In this document: one piece after another, positions 13,656 to 32,100 of the stretch
How the letters are laid out: every line of letters starts with the position of its first letter
How positions within the stretch are numbered: the first letter of the stretch is position 1
Source: the human T2T-CHM13v2.0 reference genome, Homo sapiens
Assembly (NCBI RefSeq): GCF_009914755.1
Contig: NC_060925.1
Strand: one strand, 5' to 3'
DNA: 64,000 nt
Made by a program: the position numbers and the translations under genes
The notes under the pieces: generated by a model
Told to the model about the DNA's origin: nothing
Databases searched by the model: none
The model's input: the letters and a program-made list of their open reading frames with translations, nothing else

Positions 13656-13846
13656 TAGGGTTGTCAGAATTAGCAAATAAAAATACCAGATGCTAGTTAA
13701 ATTTGAATGTTATATAAAATAAGAAATGATGATTTTTTAGTATAAGTAAGCTTCACATATTGCATGGGACATACTTATACTAAATAAAATTCATTATCTG
13801 CATTTGAAATTTAACTGGGCATTGTGTATTTTAACTGACAACCCTA
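13656..13846. mobile_element. MER53 palindromic hAT MITE
   Basis: Perfect 12-bp TIRs TAGGGTTGTCAG / CTGACAACCCTA, internal inverted arms (TTAGTATAAGTA...TACTTATACTAA), ~190 bp. Confidence 0.88.
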
Positions 13847-14334
13847 TATACTTCTCCATTTATGTAATTTGAGATTTCTTTTTCTCCCTGAATTATCCAA
13901 GCAATTAAAAGAAGCATGCCCCTTTGTGGAATACACATTGTTTTACTTTCTTTTTAAATTATCATAATAAGACAATATAAACAGTCTTTAAATATGCTAA
14001 CATCTGAATTTAAATATACAAACAGGACACTTTTTATGCCTGTGAAATTAAGATTCACACTTTGATTTTCTATACAAAGGCTAGGTCGGTAGGCCTCCCT
14101 GTGGCTATTTTATAAACATAATACTAACTCAACTCCAATTAAGATAAAAAGAATTATTTTGATAGAAATTCAGGCTAGATTTTAAAAGACTCGAAATCCA
14201 TTATATGCTTCATCACTCTTACTTGAGGTGAACATAAAAGTCACTCTTGTGGCAACCCCAATGCCCATTCCATTTCATTCTGCCTAATTACCATACTTAG
14301 TATCAAACCCCAAGCTAAGTTACTGATACAGTAT

Positions 14335-14829
14335 CTCAGTTATCTATTCCTGTGTAGCAAACCAGCCCAAAACTTAGTGGTTTAAAAGACCACTTATTTT
14401 ATTTGCTCATAGTTCTACAATGTGAGCTAGATTTGGCTGAATAGTTGTTTTGCTGTCTGGCTGGTGGTCTATTGGATGGACATATTCAGGGAGTAAGATG
14501 GCTAGAGACTCAGCTTTGCTAGAATCCTGGGGCATCTGGTTTTCCCTCGCTCCATGTTCTTCTGGGTCTTTCTTTATGTGGCCTCTTTAACTGCTTGTTC
14601 TAGGTGGTCTCCTTAGTAGAAGAACTGGCCTTGATTTTTCATGGTTTTGAAGTGTGCAGAATTGGAAGCTAGTAAGTCTTCTTAAGGTACAGGCCAGAAA
14701 CTTGTGCATAGGTCAGTGCTCCTTCCACCACATTCTGTTGATTAAAGTGAATCACAAGGCCAGCACAACTCAAAGAGAATACCTAGAAGTATAGCTAATT
14801 TGGAGCAATCAGTGTAACAGACAACCACA
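14335..14829 (-). mobile_element. MLT1 (old MaLR) solo LTR
   Basis: AGTTATCTATTCCTGTGTAGCAAACCAGCCCAAAACTTAGTGGTTTAAAA...CCACATTCTGTTG...ACAACCACA. Confidence 0.7.
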
Positions 14830-15034
14830 TTCAGTTAAGTGTTGATCAAAAGGTAGCAACTTGAACAAGTTAATTTAATCAAGTTTGATTATACCATTAA
14901 ATAAATATTTTCTGAATTTATTATTTTTTAATTTCTTAAGTAAATGAAATCGGGGACAGATGAAGAAACTTGTTCCAGTACATGAAACTATTAATGTGAA
15001 TAGAGTCCTAGATTCTTGTTGAATATATATTAGT

Positions 15035-15550
15035 TTATTTATTTATTTATTTATTGTGGCATAAGTAACATACAGGCAATCACACAAATCTTATTTGCAC
15101 AAATTCATGAACTTTTACATTTGTGTGTTATTGTATAAATACTACTTAGTTGAAAATGTAGAACATTTAAAGCACTCCAGAACACTTCCTGTGTACCTTC
15201 TTCCCCAGTTCCTTCCAACATAACCATTATGACATTTATAAACACAGATTAATTTTACTTGCTTTTGTCTAAGCTGTGGTTTCTGTTGGTAAATATTAAT
15301 GAGTACTTGAAATGAATATGCATACTGCAGTTATTGATGTTATACTTCTATACAGATCAATCAGGTAAATTTGATTAATGTTTGTCAAATTATCAATATC
15401 CTCATTAATTTTTTTCTGCTTATTCTACCAGATATTTGGAAAAGCATATTAAAATGTCCAACTATGTCTGTACACTTGTCTATATCTCCCATAACTTCCA
15501 TCAACCTCTGCTTTTTAAATGTTGAAGATGGGTTGTTAGGTTAATACACA
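15035..15550 (-). mobile_element. Old L1M fragments (3' end plus ORF2 remnant)
   Basis: T-rich tail followed by typical antisense L1ME 3'-end and ORF2 phrases (ATTAAAATGTCCAACTATG, CTCTGCTTTTTAAATGTTGAAG). Confidence 0.55.
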
Positions 15551-16460
15551 TGGTTTTGAGGTACTTTAGCTACTTATGTGCTGAATCTTTTATTCCCATC
15601 TTATTTATTTCATATCTACTATGTACAGTAAAGTGTGCTAAGAAAACCAATTTTGTGTTTCCATAATAAACATACAGTATCACCTAAAAAAAATCATGGT
15701 ATAAAATCATAGTTGTACACCTTTCCTTAGCTGTTCAATTTAAGTAGAGTATAAAATTTCAAATACAGAATATGGTCTCTGAAGTCACTATATGAGTCAT
15801 TTTGGAATTTTTTTTTCATTTTGGATGATTTTATTTGTACACCTGTGGCTAACCGTATGCACTAATCACAGGTGTTATATACCATATCCTCTCCAAACAC
15901 ATAGCCATTTCCAGTTTATTTAAACATCCCTCAGGTTCCCTACATGAACAGATGCCTAATTCCTCTATAGCATTCAGTTCAAGTGGAAGATACGTTCTTT
16001 TCAAGTAGTGAAATTAGATCTAAAAGTTAAGATTTTTTTTCTCGCACTTCTCTGACCACAATGTTGATGATAAGTCATCCACATGATTATCCTGTTTGAA
16101 ATAATACACACCCCACTGAAGGGAATTTAGTTTTTCTTGCTATTTGTCTCAGCAAATATCCTTAGATGTTAATTCAATTAGACCTACACCATCCTCAAAT
16201 AAGGAGAAAGTAGCTTGATAACTTTCAATAAAAATTTATATTTGACAATTTCTTGCTCTTCTTTTGCATCTTCATTTTTGTTCTCCAAAGATTTTCCTAC
16301 AAAGTATTTATTTTACCAGAGAGGTTAAATAAGACAAATTGAGAAACTGCAAATAATTTGCTGAAAAGTTACTCTGATCAAGGTCCAAGTGAATATTGGA
16401 TACATCTGATAGAAGCACTAAAAAATGTTTTGTCAATTTCCCTTTATTTAATTATGGAGG

Positions 16461-16462
<2 letters not shown>

Positions 16463-16497
<35 letters not shown>
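16463..16497 (+). repeat. (CA)n microsatellite
   Basis: Read directly. Confidence 0.95.
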
Positions 16498-17789
16498 GCT
16501 TGTATAATCTTAATATTCTATTATTAAACAACTTATTTTTTATTTATATACTACACATACGTAGTTCAACATGATTTTCATCAAGTCAGCATGGAAAATA
16601 TTTTTTAGAGGTGCTCAGTATAATTACATATAATGATTTAGAGTTTATTGTAGAGATCACATTTTACTCTTATGTAACTCGATCATTACAATTTGCTATT
16701 TTTAAGAGAATTAAAATGTAAAACCTCAAAATGCCATATGGTGCAAATTGTATAAGAAGACCATTGGCACCTTCACATTTTAAATGAATATATTTTATAA
16801 TTTAAGAAAATTGTAATGATTTTGTAATAATTTGATACATTTTGATAAAATTTTACCCAAGTAAAAAGATGGCAGTTAGGCTGCCATTAAGAGATCTGCC
16901 ATTATCCAACCTACATATCTAACTAGCCAAGTTGATGAGCATAAGCTAATCATTTAAACTCCATGAGCATAAGTATTCTCATGTGTAAGATGGTGGACTA
17001 AAACAAGCTAAACTTTTTGGTAATCATAAGAATAAAAATTTATTAGAAAAGCCATTAGGAGAAACTACCAAAAAACAAGATGTTTCTCATATTTGACTAT
17101 AAGAAAATTTTTGTTTGTTTGTTTGTTTTGGGGAAAATCTAAACAAGAAAAACTAGGCGAATGAGCCAAACATTAAAGAAAAATGGAAGGTATTTAAAAT
17201 GTAAAATTGGATGTATTTATGTATAGTTTAATTTCTAAGTTGTAGGACAAGAACAACTTGGTCTTTCAAAAAGAAAAACATGGATTAAAACGTACTTACA
17301 TGGAAGCTCAGCACGACGATTTCAATCACAAATTGGGTTAATTAACTGGTTCCTGTGTAACTTTGTAAAGGTTAAGTGTAAGGAAAAAAGGAAAATGTAA
17401 CTCGTAATTTAAAATTCATTTGCTCATTTATTCTTTTCTAGTTCTATGAAGTGAAATAATATATAGATGGAGAAAAAGTAGGCCACTGAAAAAGGGAGTT
17501 CCTTCCTTCTGTCTTCTCCCTGACGGACTATGAAAGTCTGACTTCTGCCTGGCAATTGGAGAAAGCAATTGCTTAAAAAGCTGTTAAGTACTACTTAGGA
17601 GTTAATTGATTCTGACAATGCAGTGACAACACTAGCGTTGTGCAGTGAAGAATAGCAGGGAGTCCAAGACCAGTCTGACTTCCGGTTGCCCCAGTGGCCC
17701 TAAGATTGAAGTTTTTGCCTACATCCAGAGTCCAGATTTCTGTGAAAACTGAGGAATGTTTTCTGACTTCCCTAAAAAGAGAGAAAGTA

Positions 17790-18109
<320 letters not shown>

Positions 18110-18769
18110 TTAGGTATGTTTAAGTCTGCTTGAATAACATCCTGTCCTGATTTGTACCAAATACATGTACTGAGGTTTTTGTTTGCTTGCTTTAATATGG
18201 GTACTACACATACAAAACCTAAATGCATGATTGTGAGATTTCAATTTAGTTTAACCACCTTTTATTAAAGACCAGATATGCTAGATAGGTTTCGTGTTGG
18301 AGTATAAAAAGAATAAGATATGGCTTCAGTGTTCAGTTTTTTATCATGCAGCATGCCTCCTAATTGTTTACATTCCTTTTGTAAACGACTTCTCTTACTT
18401 CAACATCTTTTTTAAACAGTTGAGTAGGTCCACCCAAACAGTTTAATTTCGTTTTGTACAAGTGTGTATAATACACAAACATGAATAATCATTATCAAAT
18501 CAACTACTATGTGCTTGACACTCTGCTGGGCTTGTTTACATAAAAGAAAATCTTATTCGGTCATCAAAATTGTTTTCATGTTATACATGGGGATAGTGCT
18601 TAATCCAAGATGATTCAATTACAATGTAATAGAGACAGAGGCTTACCATCCCTGATGATGGCAGGTTGTATGCTCTACACTATTGTAGCTGGGCTGCAGA
18701 TGATGGCCGACCATGGGATTTTAGCGTAATATAGTGTTCCTGAGCAACCCTAACATATTAAAACTTGAA

Positions 18770-18975
18770 GTGTGGTTTCAAATTTGCCTATGCTGTGTTC
18801 TTACTAGAAGACCTTGGACAAACCACTTAAACTTTATGTGTCTTCAATTTCTCAATTTTACGTAGGAATAGTTTACCTCATAGTGTTACTCTGATGATTA
18901 CTTTAGTTAGCATATGTATAGTTAATATATGAAGAGGTCATACTGATAAATGCATCAAGTTAGCTATTATTATCA
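18770..18975 (+). mobile_element. MIR SINE (degraded)
   Basis: CTTACTAG...GACCTTGGACAAACCACTTAAACT...CAATTTCTCA...ACCTCATAG core. Confidence 0.6.
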
Positions 18976-21465
18976 CTAAGTAAGAACAACCTTTGACAGA
19001 TTTTCAACCTGATTGTGAAGTGATTTCACAGAGTTCTTGAGACTAAATAATGCTATCTCCAAAAACATGCTTAGACTTGTATCTGACAGTAAATATCAGC
19101 TACTATTATAGTAATTGAATGTGATTAACACCACATATTCACCCATCGTATGTCTCATGTGCAAATCATTCTGTCCACACTCAAAAATGGAGAAATACAA
19201 ACTTAGGAGATTTCTTTTTTGGTGATAAAACTGATCTAATTAATTTTATTAAATAGACTTAATCAAACAAATTCTAATTTTTAACCAAAGAGAGCATCAT
19301 CTATGACAAATATATGAAGAAACAGTAAAATTCAAGGGGCAGATTTCTTCATCAGTAAATGGGGAATGTTGAATGGAATTATTTTTAAGGTCTGTTCAAA
19401 TTCAACTGCCTCTTTCCTGATCAGCCTATTTTCTTTATTTGATCAGCCTATTTTATTTAAACAAACAACAATTATATTTCCAGAATGTTCATGCTGGAGA
19501 TGCATATGGAGTGGATGGGTTGTAGGGATGAGGAAGTATGAGGTGACTTATCTTGAACTGTGTATGCATAGGAAACACAAACTAGGTTTCATGTAGATTG
19601 AACATTTATGAACAATTTATATTTATGGTTGTCTAAAACCCTTCAAGAACAGACCCTGGCACTGACAGTATAAAACTAAATAAGTCTTTGCTTACAATAC
19701 GTTGTGTATATTCATGCTTTGAATTAAAAATATTTTATATTTTATAAAAATCTGTAACTATTGATTTATTCCTAAAATGGAAAGAGAATTGACAAGGAAG
19801 GGTGTAGGGAAATGATGTTATGCCACAATTCTTGCAATGATTTTTTTTAGATGTTATGGATAAGTCATTTAATTCTACTCTCCTCAATTTTTTCACTGTA
19901 AAATGCTAGAAATGTACAAATTTCTAATACCCATTCTACTCTATTTGTTCATATATCTATGCAATGTTTACTACTCATTTTGTTTTTATTAATAAGTTGG
20001 CAATTTTATATTTAATAAAGAAGCTAATTAAATATTACATATTTTCTTATGGGTTGTAAATAAAGCAATATGTTACAGATGCATTGTTTTATTGGTTACA
20101 AAAGAATTTATTCCTCCAAAGTGGTCCTTTGGTATACATTGTATAACACAGTGGTCTTTAAATGGGACATTTTCAATCATAGACCCAAGCTAAATTTTCA
20201 TTTCCCTTTCACTGGAACTATGTTGCTATCTGCCATCTGTATTATAGCAGGCCAGAGATTGTTTATTTATAAGAATATAGCTTTAGATCCTTAGACCATA
20301 TGATTGCATAAAATCTGTCTGTGTCTGAAGAGATCTTGAATATCCCAAGGAAATAACCATCTCTGCACACAGAATTTAAAGAGAGAGCCTGTATTTTCAG
20401 TTGCACATTCACTTTAATCTGAAAAGCATGTAGTACCTTGAAAACAATAGTAAGATAATACATCCTGGTAAATTAGAGCCAAAGAAAGAGCTTCTCCCTT
20501 TACTGGTGTGTTCTTACAGCCCACATGAGTGTGGCAGTAATATTTAACTTGTCAGTCAAGATGTTTGAGAAAATAATCATATTAATGAGTCTTAGGCAGG
20601 AATGAAAGGATATGCCTGGCATACTTGTTTATGAAATTTGCCAGACTCATTAAAAGTCAGTTACATCGTATTAGTAATAATGGACATGTTGCTATAAACA
20701 CAAGAGCTTGGCCATTTCTAGTTGTAATTACCAGTGATAAATTTGACTAAATATAAAGCTATATAAACAATACAATCAAAACTTTTTTAAGAAACAGTAA
20801 CAGAAAACATTTTGTTTAAAAATCTCCTTAAAATGCCAGAAATATATTTTCCTACCTATCAGACATAATATATATTGATAAAAAACTAGAAATAACACTC
20901 CTTGTCCATAATACAAAGACATGCAAAATTAACATCTTTAATGAAATAATAATTTATGGCCTTTAATCTGTATTAACAAAAAGCAAGTATTAAGGTTATT
21001 TTCTTCACTGGCCGTTTCAAAAATGTTGGTACATTCATCATGACTCTAAACATGCCTTATCAGCTATACAATGTAAGCCTCAGAAGCATTCCTTATTGTT
21101 CCCCCATAGACAGTTCTGTTTGTATGTACTGATATATAAAAACTCTTCCATGCATTATAGTCAGCTGAATTAAAGGTTCATTCATTTATTTAACAAATAT
21201 TGATTGGGCAAGTAACAAACTTGAGGCATAAACATTGGATACAAGCACTGTAGCCATATCAGTAAATAACATAGACACATAACTTGGCCACTTGAAACCT
21301 ACAGATAAGTAAATCAATGTTGAATGTGGAGAGAGAGCTAACATTTTGTACTCGCCTTTAACAGTTCCATTCAAACATCACAAATGTCATTTTCTTAAGA
21401 AGACATATTGGAAACACCAAAGCAGCTCAGTGCCTCCTGTTATACCTAATAATGGTCTATTTTCA

Positions 21466-21530
21466 TATATACACACACACGTATATATAAATTATATATA
21501 TATACACACGTATATATAAATTATATATAT
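21466..21530 (+). repeat. Duplicated TA/CA low-complexity unit (ACACACGTATATATAAATTATATATAT x2)
   Basis: Read directly. Confidence 0.85.
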
Positions 21531-21769
21531 TTTTAAATTTTAATTAAATAATTGGGCTATTAGTTGTTTAATGTCTGTTTTCTAGCTAGAATGTAAGCTC
21601 TGTAAGAACAGAAACTGTTTCTTTTAATATTCTGCTATATCTCTAGTGCCTGGAGATTGATTTACACAAAAGTTAATGAGCATGATTTTATTTGATTCTA
21701 CAAACAATAGCATAATATTTGCAGAGTCAAACTAACTAATACAAACATACCAGATTTCTTGATTAATAG

Positions 21770-22500
21770 CTTTTTCCATTCAGCACTCTGAATACATTTT
21801 TCTATTGCCTTCTGGCTTCCATGGTTTTTCTCCATGAGAAACCAGCTGTAAATTTTATTGAGGATTTCTTGTATGTGGTGAGTCACTTCTCTACTGACAC
21901 TTTCTGGATTGTCCCTTTGTCTTTAAATAGCTTGACTATGAAGTATTTAGGTGTGGATCTCTTTGAATTGGTATTGCATAGACTTCATTGAGGTCCTCAG
22001 ACATGTAGATTAAAATTTTTCATCAAATTTGAGAAATTTTAGGCTATGATTTCTCAACATCCCTTTAACCCTTTCTCTCTCTCTTTCCCTTCCGAGACTC
22101 CTGTTATGCATATATTGGTACTCTTGGTAGTTTTCCACATGTCTTTGAAGCTCTGTTCATGCTGGGTGTTGGGGCATGCCTTCAAAGCTCAGGCAGGCAA
22201 TTTCCAATTCTGCCTATTCAATTACTTGCACAGAACCTCAGAATCAGCCAGAGGTAAGAGCTTAAGTTCTTCCAAGATCTTTCCTAGGTACACATATCAT
22301 CCATATATCCACAGGGTATTAAAAATACTCTCTAGACATCCCTTTCTTGAGCTTGTTTTCCAGTTGTTTGGTTAGCTTCTTCTTTGCTCCAGCTTGCAGT
22401 GCTGCCCCCAGATCTATTCTTTCCACTTGCTTCTATATTATTTCTTCAGGGTGGATTTTGAGGGTGAGAGGTAGCAGCCCGTATTAGTTTGCCACCATGT
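21770..22500 (-). mobile_element. Old L1M ORF1/5' region fragment
   Basis: TTGCCTTCTGGCTTCCATGGTT...GAGAAACCAGCTG...CATCAAATTTGAGAAATTTTAGGCTATGATTTCT is typical antisense L1M ORF1. Confidence 0.6.
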
Positions 22501-22579
22501 TGAAAGAAATCAGGTGCTCCCTCATATGTAAAATATGACAAGAAAAACGTGTGGAGAATTAATTGTACAATAAGAAAGC

Positions 22580-23040
22580 AATATGGAAAAAATGGTTAGG
22601 GAGACTATGACAGTGAGAAATGATGAGAGAAATGATGATGGTTTGGAAGTCAGTGGATCTGGTTATAATTTGTAGGTAAAGCACATGGGCTTGTAATGGA
22701 AAGTGTGTTGTGTTTGTGAGTGTTTAATCAATATAAAGTGTGAGGTGTGCAGCCAAACAACTGGTGGATGGTCATGCCATTTACTGAGATAGAATGAGGG
22801 ATAGAAGGAAGGGAGTCAATGTATTTTAAGCACATTAAGTTTTAATCCAATTTACTCTCCAGATGCAAATGTTAAGTAGGATATATAAGTCTAGAATTCA
22901 GGGAAGGGATGCATATGGGGAACCATCATTAAATAGATAATAAAGAAAAGCATGGGATTAGGTGAGGTCACTTGTTGGAAGAATGCTGACATTAAAGAAA
23001 ATGATCCAAGGTCTGAAATCTAGGTTACTTCAAAATGTAA
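22580..23040 (-). mobile_element. L2 LINE fragments
   Basis: AACAACTGGTGGATGGTCATGCCATTTACTGAGATAG and similar antisense L2 phrases. Confidence 0.5.
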
Positions 23041-23046
23041 ACATTG

Positions 23047-23343
23047 GGCAAGGCGCGGTGGCTCACGCCTGTAATCTCAGCACTTTGGGAGGCTGAGGCA
23101 GGCGGATCACGAGGTCAAGAGATCAAGACCATCCTGGCCAACATGGCGAAACGCTGTCTCTACTAAAAATACAAAAATTAGCTTGGCATGGTTGCAGGCA
23201 CCTGTATTCCCAGCTACTCAGGAGGCAGAGGTAGAAGAATCGCTTGAACCCGAGAAGCGGAGGTTGCAGTGAGCCGAGATCACACCACTGTACTCCAGCC
23301 TGGGCGAGGGAGAGACTCCGTCTCAAAAAAAAAAAAAAAAAAA
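23047..23343 (+). mobile_element. AluSc-like, full length
   Basis: GATCACGAGGTCAAGAGATCAAGACCATCCTGGCCAAC; TSD GTAAACATTG on both sides. Confidence 0.93.
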
Positions 23344-24759
23344 GTAGTAAACATTGGGTAAAGGAAAAAGATAAGCAATAAAGGATGAAATATATGATGA
23401 CTATAATACCAAGAAATGCATAGTCTCATTAAAGCCAGAGAAATTTAGTCTTTTAACCCAACTGGAATGAACTGAAGTAATAATGAGCATTGAGAAAGCA
23501 GAGATTGAAGAATAAAGAAAACCTTTGGAGGAATTATTGTAATGTAAAGTGGATGCTAGAAACGGAAAGTTAACATGGAGTAAAGATAGCTTTTATAAAG
23601 TGAGAGATAGTAAAGCAGGTGGGTGTGTGTGGGGGTGGGTGAGTGTTTGTGTATTGATATCAACAATCCGAGAGAGAAAAAAAATAGATGGTGTCAAGTA
23701 AATAGTCACAAAAATGAAGTCTAGAGTAGGTGAAAGGTGAGTAGAATCCACTCCTTCTCCCTATTAGTTCTAGTCAGACTAATCACCAAACACTTGCAGA
23801 TGTATATATTTTTTTAAAAACTTGCAAGCAGATCTGGGTACATAGAAAGTACTTTGCTGTCTCTGCAAAAGTTACTTTGTAAATGTATTCCATGGTCTGT
23901 GTTGTATACTGTTATGAGGAGTGAGGATAATTTATTTCTAAGAGAATCAGCAATCGAGTAGCTCTAAATTCTTTCAAGTTCAAAGGTGTATATGACAAAT
24001 TCCAACCAGGAAAACCAATACCACTTGAGATTTTTCACACTGATGGACTTTAATTTAAAACATTTGTTTCATGGCAATGGAAAATTAAAAAGCCAAACGG
24101 GATGTTAAGGGAATCTAGAAATTAGCAACAACAGAAAGTTATAACCATTCCTAGGCTGTTTGAAGAATTTGGTTTCAGCAGAGTGCAGAGGGGGCCAGTG
24201 GAAGCAGGAGATGTGTGGGAAGCAATTTTTGCAGAAATGACCCAGAAACAGAGAGGGAAGGAAAAATATCCTTCCTTCTTTCTTTTTTTTAACCTATAAT
24301 CTTCTGCCAAAGCCTCTTATTGTCAAACTTTGCCAGAAACCAGAGAATAAGGGAGCCTAACATAGCACCCTCCATAAACAGAGTTCAATGTATGGGTAGG
24401 AATGCAGCTCAGAACAAATCAATAGTTGATTAGAATAGACAGTATTAATCTTTCATACTGATGAAAGATCAAAACAGTTGCAATTGCAAGAAATAGTGCA
24501 AGAAATTAATGCAACTGTATTCACAGATAAAAATAAAAATGATAAATTTTCCAGTAGAAAAAGTAAGACAACCATGATAATGTTTACTAAAAATGCATCT
24601 TCTTAAGTAAAATAATATATGTTACATGAGATTAGAAACTTTCTATTCTATGCTGTATCACTACAATCTAGGACAGTATCAGGAATATAATAACCATTAT
24701 ACAAATTTATTTGTTGTACAAATAAATAGATTGGAATGTTTCATAAAGTATTCAAAGCT

Positions 24760-25095
<336 letters not shown>

Positions 25096-28000
25096 TTAAG
25101 ATATCTTGAAAATGTGTATTTGTGACCTAAAAATGGGACTGATACTAGAACACATAACTATCTTCTTGTAACAAAACTTTTATTGATATAGTTGGTATCA
25201 GAAGAATGACATTAGAAAGGAAATGATCAAGTAAACAAAAAATAAGAATAAGTGTAATGAAAATATCTTACCTGTATAAAAAGCTCTGTGTGTAAGTATC
25301 TTAATTCCTTTGTGCACTAGTAACTATTGCAGTTTCTGGATGACATTGACCAGCCGGATATTCTGATCTACAGGAACATGGGGATATTTTTTATGGGCTA
25401 AGATTTAGTGCATCTCAAATTTTTGTTAACACAAATTTTTCTTTTAGAGTAATATTTTAGAATCAGACTTTCCTTTACCTCTGTTGACATAAGGCTTTGA
25501 CACTAGTACACACATAATTTGTAATATTTTGTTAAATAACATTAACATTTTATTTGCTACTTCTATTCTAAAGTGATAATTATGTAATTTTTGTAGTCAA
25601 TTTTTGTTGAGTCAAAACTGTGATTCCAAAATTAATATAATACTATACATGTAGTAGCTTCTCTAAACATATTTGTTGAGAATATCACTCTAAGTTTTGA
25701 TTAACATCCTGAGTTAGTGTATCACTGTAAAAAAATGTACATTATCTATATACTTATTTCTACTCTATTAAAACTGAATTATGTGCATTTTAATTTAAAA
25801 CTATACTGATATTTAATTTCCACTCTTGTCAATAAAACCATAAGAAGCCATCATTACCCAGGATATATTTTCTATGGGATTTACTTCATTACCGTGTTTA
25901 TCTTGTTCAGATGAATTATTTGACATACAAATATTGAATTTAAAAAATATGACAAGTGTCAGTCTATACACTGCAAATGAGTTTGACCTTCATTTGGATT
26001 TCTTGTCTGCCAAAGTAAATAAATGAGGTCAGTTAATAGGCAATTTGAATTATTCTTATAGAAATGTATATACATAGGGTATGATATGTCCATAAAACAT
26101 CCTAGGATAGTTAATTATAAGAATCTTTTAAATCAAGAATCAATCTTTTGCATTTATAAGTTCTTTGACCTTATCAAAGCTCTGGCATATAGGAAGCACT
26201 AAATCAATAGTTATTGAATAAGTAAAATATTCATTAATTTCATTTTCATATCAAGCTTGACAAATGCAATGGGATAAAAAAATCAAACATATTTTCAAGC
26301 ATCTTCATAAATGACAGCACAATAGCATGATAAAGTTTGAAATATGTGAAGATTTCTTCTATGTTATATATTTGTCATGATTGATTAACTTGAAGATTTG
26401 TGTTACAAACTATTAATTTCATTTAAAGCATATTATTTCATTTTATGGTGCCAATTTCCTGTTGTGAATTATTTTTGCTTTTGACATAATTACCTGGTTA
26501 TTTTGGCATTGTGTAAGTGTAGGTCTTTCTTTGCCAGCCAAGTTCCCTTTCTTTGCCAGGAAAGGCATGGGACCACTTCAGGGGAAGAAATGGGAACAGC
26601 TGTCCTATCTAGCGTTAGTGCCAACTTGAGTCTTTTTAGGCCAGTTCAGGCCAGTGACACTCTAGGAAGCTCATGCACCAAACTGGAAAAGTTTATTGGT
26701 CTTCTTATTAACAATTTTTGAGGAAAATGTATTATGTATACAAAATCTTCCTGCTTTTTTCATACTAAGCTTCATAGAAGTTAACTGAAAATTTACAGTA
26801 AGGGGGAGATTGCTGTCAGCAAAATGGATTTTATTCTCTATGCCAGACTAGTAGAGCTATTTCTACACAGCAGTTTTCTCTTCTGAAGCTGAACAGCAGC
26901 AAGGTGAGTAATTATTAGAAGCACAGCAAGTTCCTGGATGCAGCCAGCTTGGTGAAGAGCATATTCTAAGACATGTGAATGCATGTAGGGAGAAAAAAGG
27001 ATTTCCAAAGCAAGCAGATATCTTTGAAGAGTTTATACCCCTAAAGTAATCCCAAAGGAACAATTTTAGCTGCTTGATTCTCTTTGTAAGGTGCAATATG
27101 ACCTGATCTAGACTATATGATATTATGATAGCTATTTATTCAAAGGGATGGCCACATGTACAGTCCCAAGTTCCAGACAGAATATTTTTCTAGTTATGCA
27201 CAGAACATTAGCTTAAAGTAGAGCCATAATCAGAACTTTGTTTCTGAATTACAGTTAAGAGAAAAATTTATTAAAAAGCATGCATCATTTGCACAGAAAT
27301 TTTCTCCACTTTTCTTAAAAAGCATTTACCAATTCATTAATTTTTCCTTTCTTTTCTGGCTCCAAATGGCCATCTCTCAGCTATGTGCTGATGGAAAGGC
27401 AACCTTAGATGGTGAGGTTTATAGAGAGAATGATCTGTTTCAATGTACATTATACATGAAGACTGAAGAATATGGTTGCTTAAGGACTAAACCTTATTTG
27501 CCCTCAAGCATTTAGGTTATAGAAATATTTATTGTAGTTACCAACAAGAAACTGGACTATAAGGTGCACAGTGCTTTCTAAAGCATAACTATTTGTGGTC
27601 AGAGTGATTTATTTATTTTCATTTCATATTTACCTTTCAGATGCCTTGGTCATGGGGGGCTTATTCCTTTTATAGGTCATGCATTTTAATTGTCATTTAC
27701 ACCTTGGCATTAGCACATCGATTTAGACTGTTAGTTTTTACATCATACTTGACCTTCAGGACATAGATGAATTACTTTTGAAGTTACAGAATGCCTAAAA
27801 AAGAGATGTACATTTTTCTGTATAATAACTCAAAGAAATAGTTTGATTGAGGAACATCATTAGCGAGACTAAAAAAAAAATACAGAGACAAATATGACAC
27901 TACATTTTCCTGATGCCATTAGTATTTATTTCATAATTTCATTTTCTAATCTTTTGCCTCACTGCCCTCTCCTGGGATTAGGGCTGCAAAATCAAAAGAC

Positions 28001-28443
28001 TGATTTATTTGCACTATAATGTGAACTTTGTAAGAAAACCTTTAGGGAATAGACCGGCAGTGGACTGATGATGGGTCATTCACTAGAATATAGAATATTC
28101 TGTAAAGAGATAAAATAATATTACAAGCAAAAACATTAACTTTTGCCTCAAACTATATTCTAAAATTATTCAACTCAGGACAAAACAAATTGCAAAGGAA
28201 CATTCTGGAAGTACTGATCAGAGACAGTGAGTAGAACGTGGGTGTGTGTGTGTGTGTGTCTTCTGGGTAGGCATATTTGTAACAACATCGAAGATGCTGC
28301 TGAGATTCACTTAACTAATGACTGAAGGTCAATGTTGCTCCACTGTTTTTAAAAATCTGAAAAAAATTTATGAGTCCAGAGTTATATACCAAAAAAGAAT
28401 ATATTAGAATTTTGCATTTATAGAAAGGATAACATAAAGGCTC

Positions 28444-30590
<2,147 letters not shown>

Positions 30591-31082
30591 TAAATATTGT
30601 AACACACTGAAACAAGGTAAAAAGAGAAGCATTGCCTTTAAATAATGATCTATTTGTTATCTGTCTTCTATCTATCTATCGCCTCTATAAAGTATTTTAC
30701 AGCACAGTTTTCTAAAAATTTTTTTGTTAGAGATTACATTTGAAATTAGCTTACTTAAAACATCTGAGATGCATCATGACAACTATTTATAAGTAAATCC
30801 ATATATATAAATATCAATACAATTTTTATATACAAATATTTTCATTTTAAATATTACTTTTTTTGATTTAAAAATCTTTGACATACTCTGCAGCAGTTGT
30901 TCTCAACCTGTTTTCATAACTGTCCATAAGAAGACATTAGATACACTAAAAAGAAATATTAAACACTGAAGAATCACAGTTTATCTGTAGGTTTGAGCTC
31001 TGGAGGGCTAAAACCATTATAATATCTATTTATTTTTATTTCATTTCATTTCTCTTCTTTTTTTTTTTTTTTTTTTTCTCCT

Positions 31083-31757
<675 letters not shown>

Positions 31758-32100
31758 CTGCCTCATCCCTAGACCAACTATTCACCCTTGGGTCAATATC
31801 TCCCCATTAAAAATCCCTGTTCTATAGTGATCATAACATTTCCATTGCTTCTATTTTTCTATTTTTCTATTTCCACAACTAGTTTTCTCAGGCTTCACAT
31901 TTTCTTTTCAATTCAAAATGATTATAACTGATTGACTTACAATTGCTTTTGTTACTTTTATTTTCAAAGACTAATTTTAATGAAATTAAAATAAAAATTA
32001 AAGTGTTTTTATGTTATTTAATGTTTATTTTACTGAATTCAAAAGCTATTTTCGAAATGAGTTTTGATTTAGCCACCTCAAAGTTCTCAAGAATAAAAGC

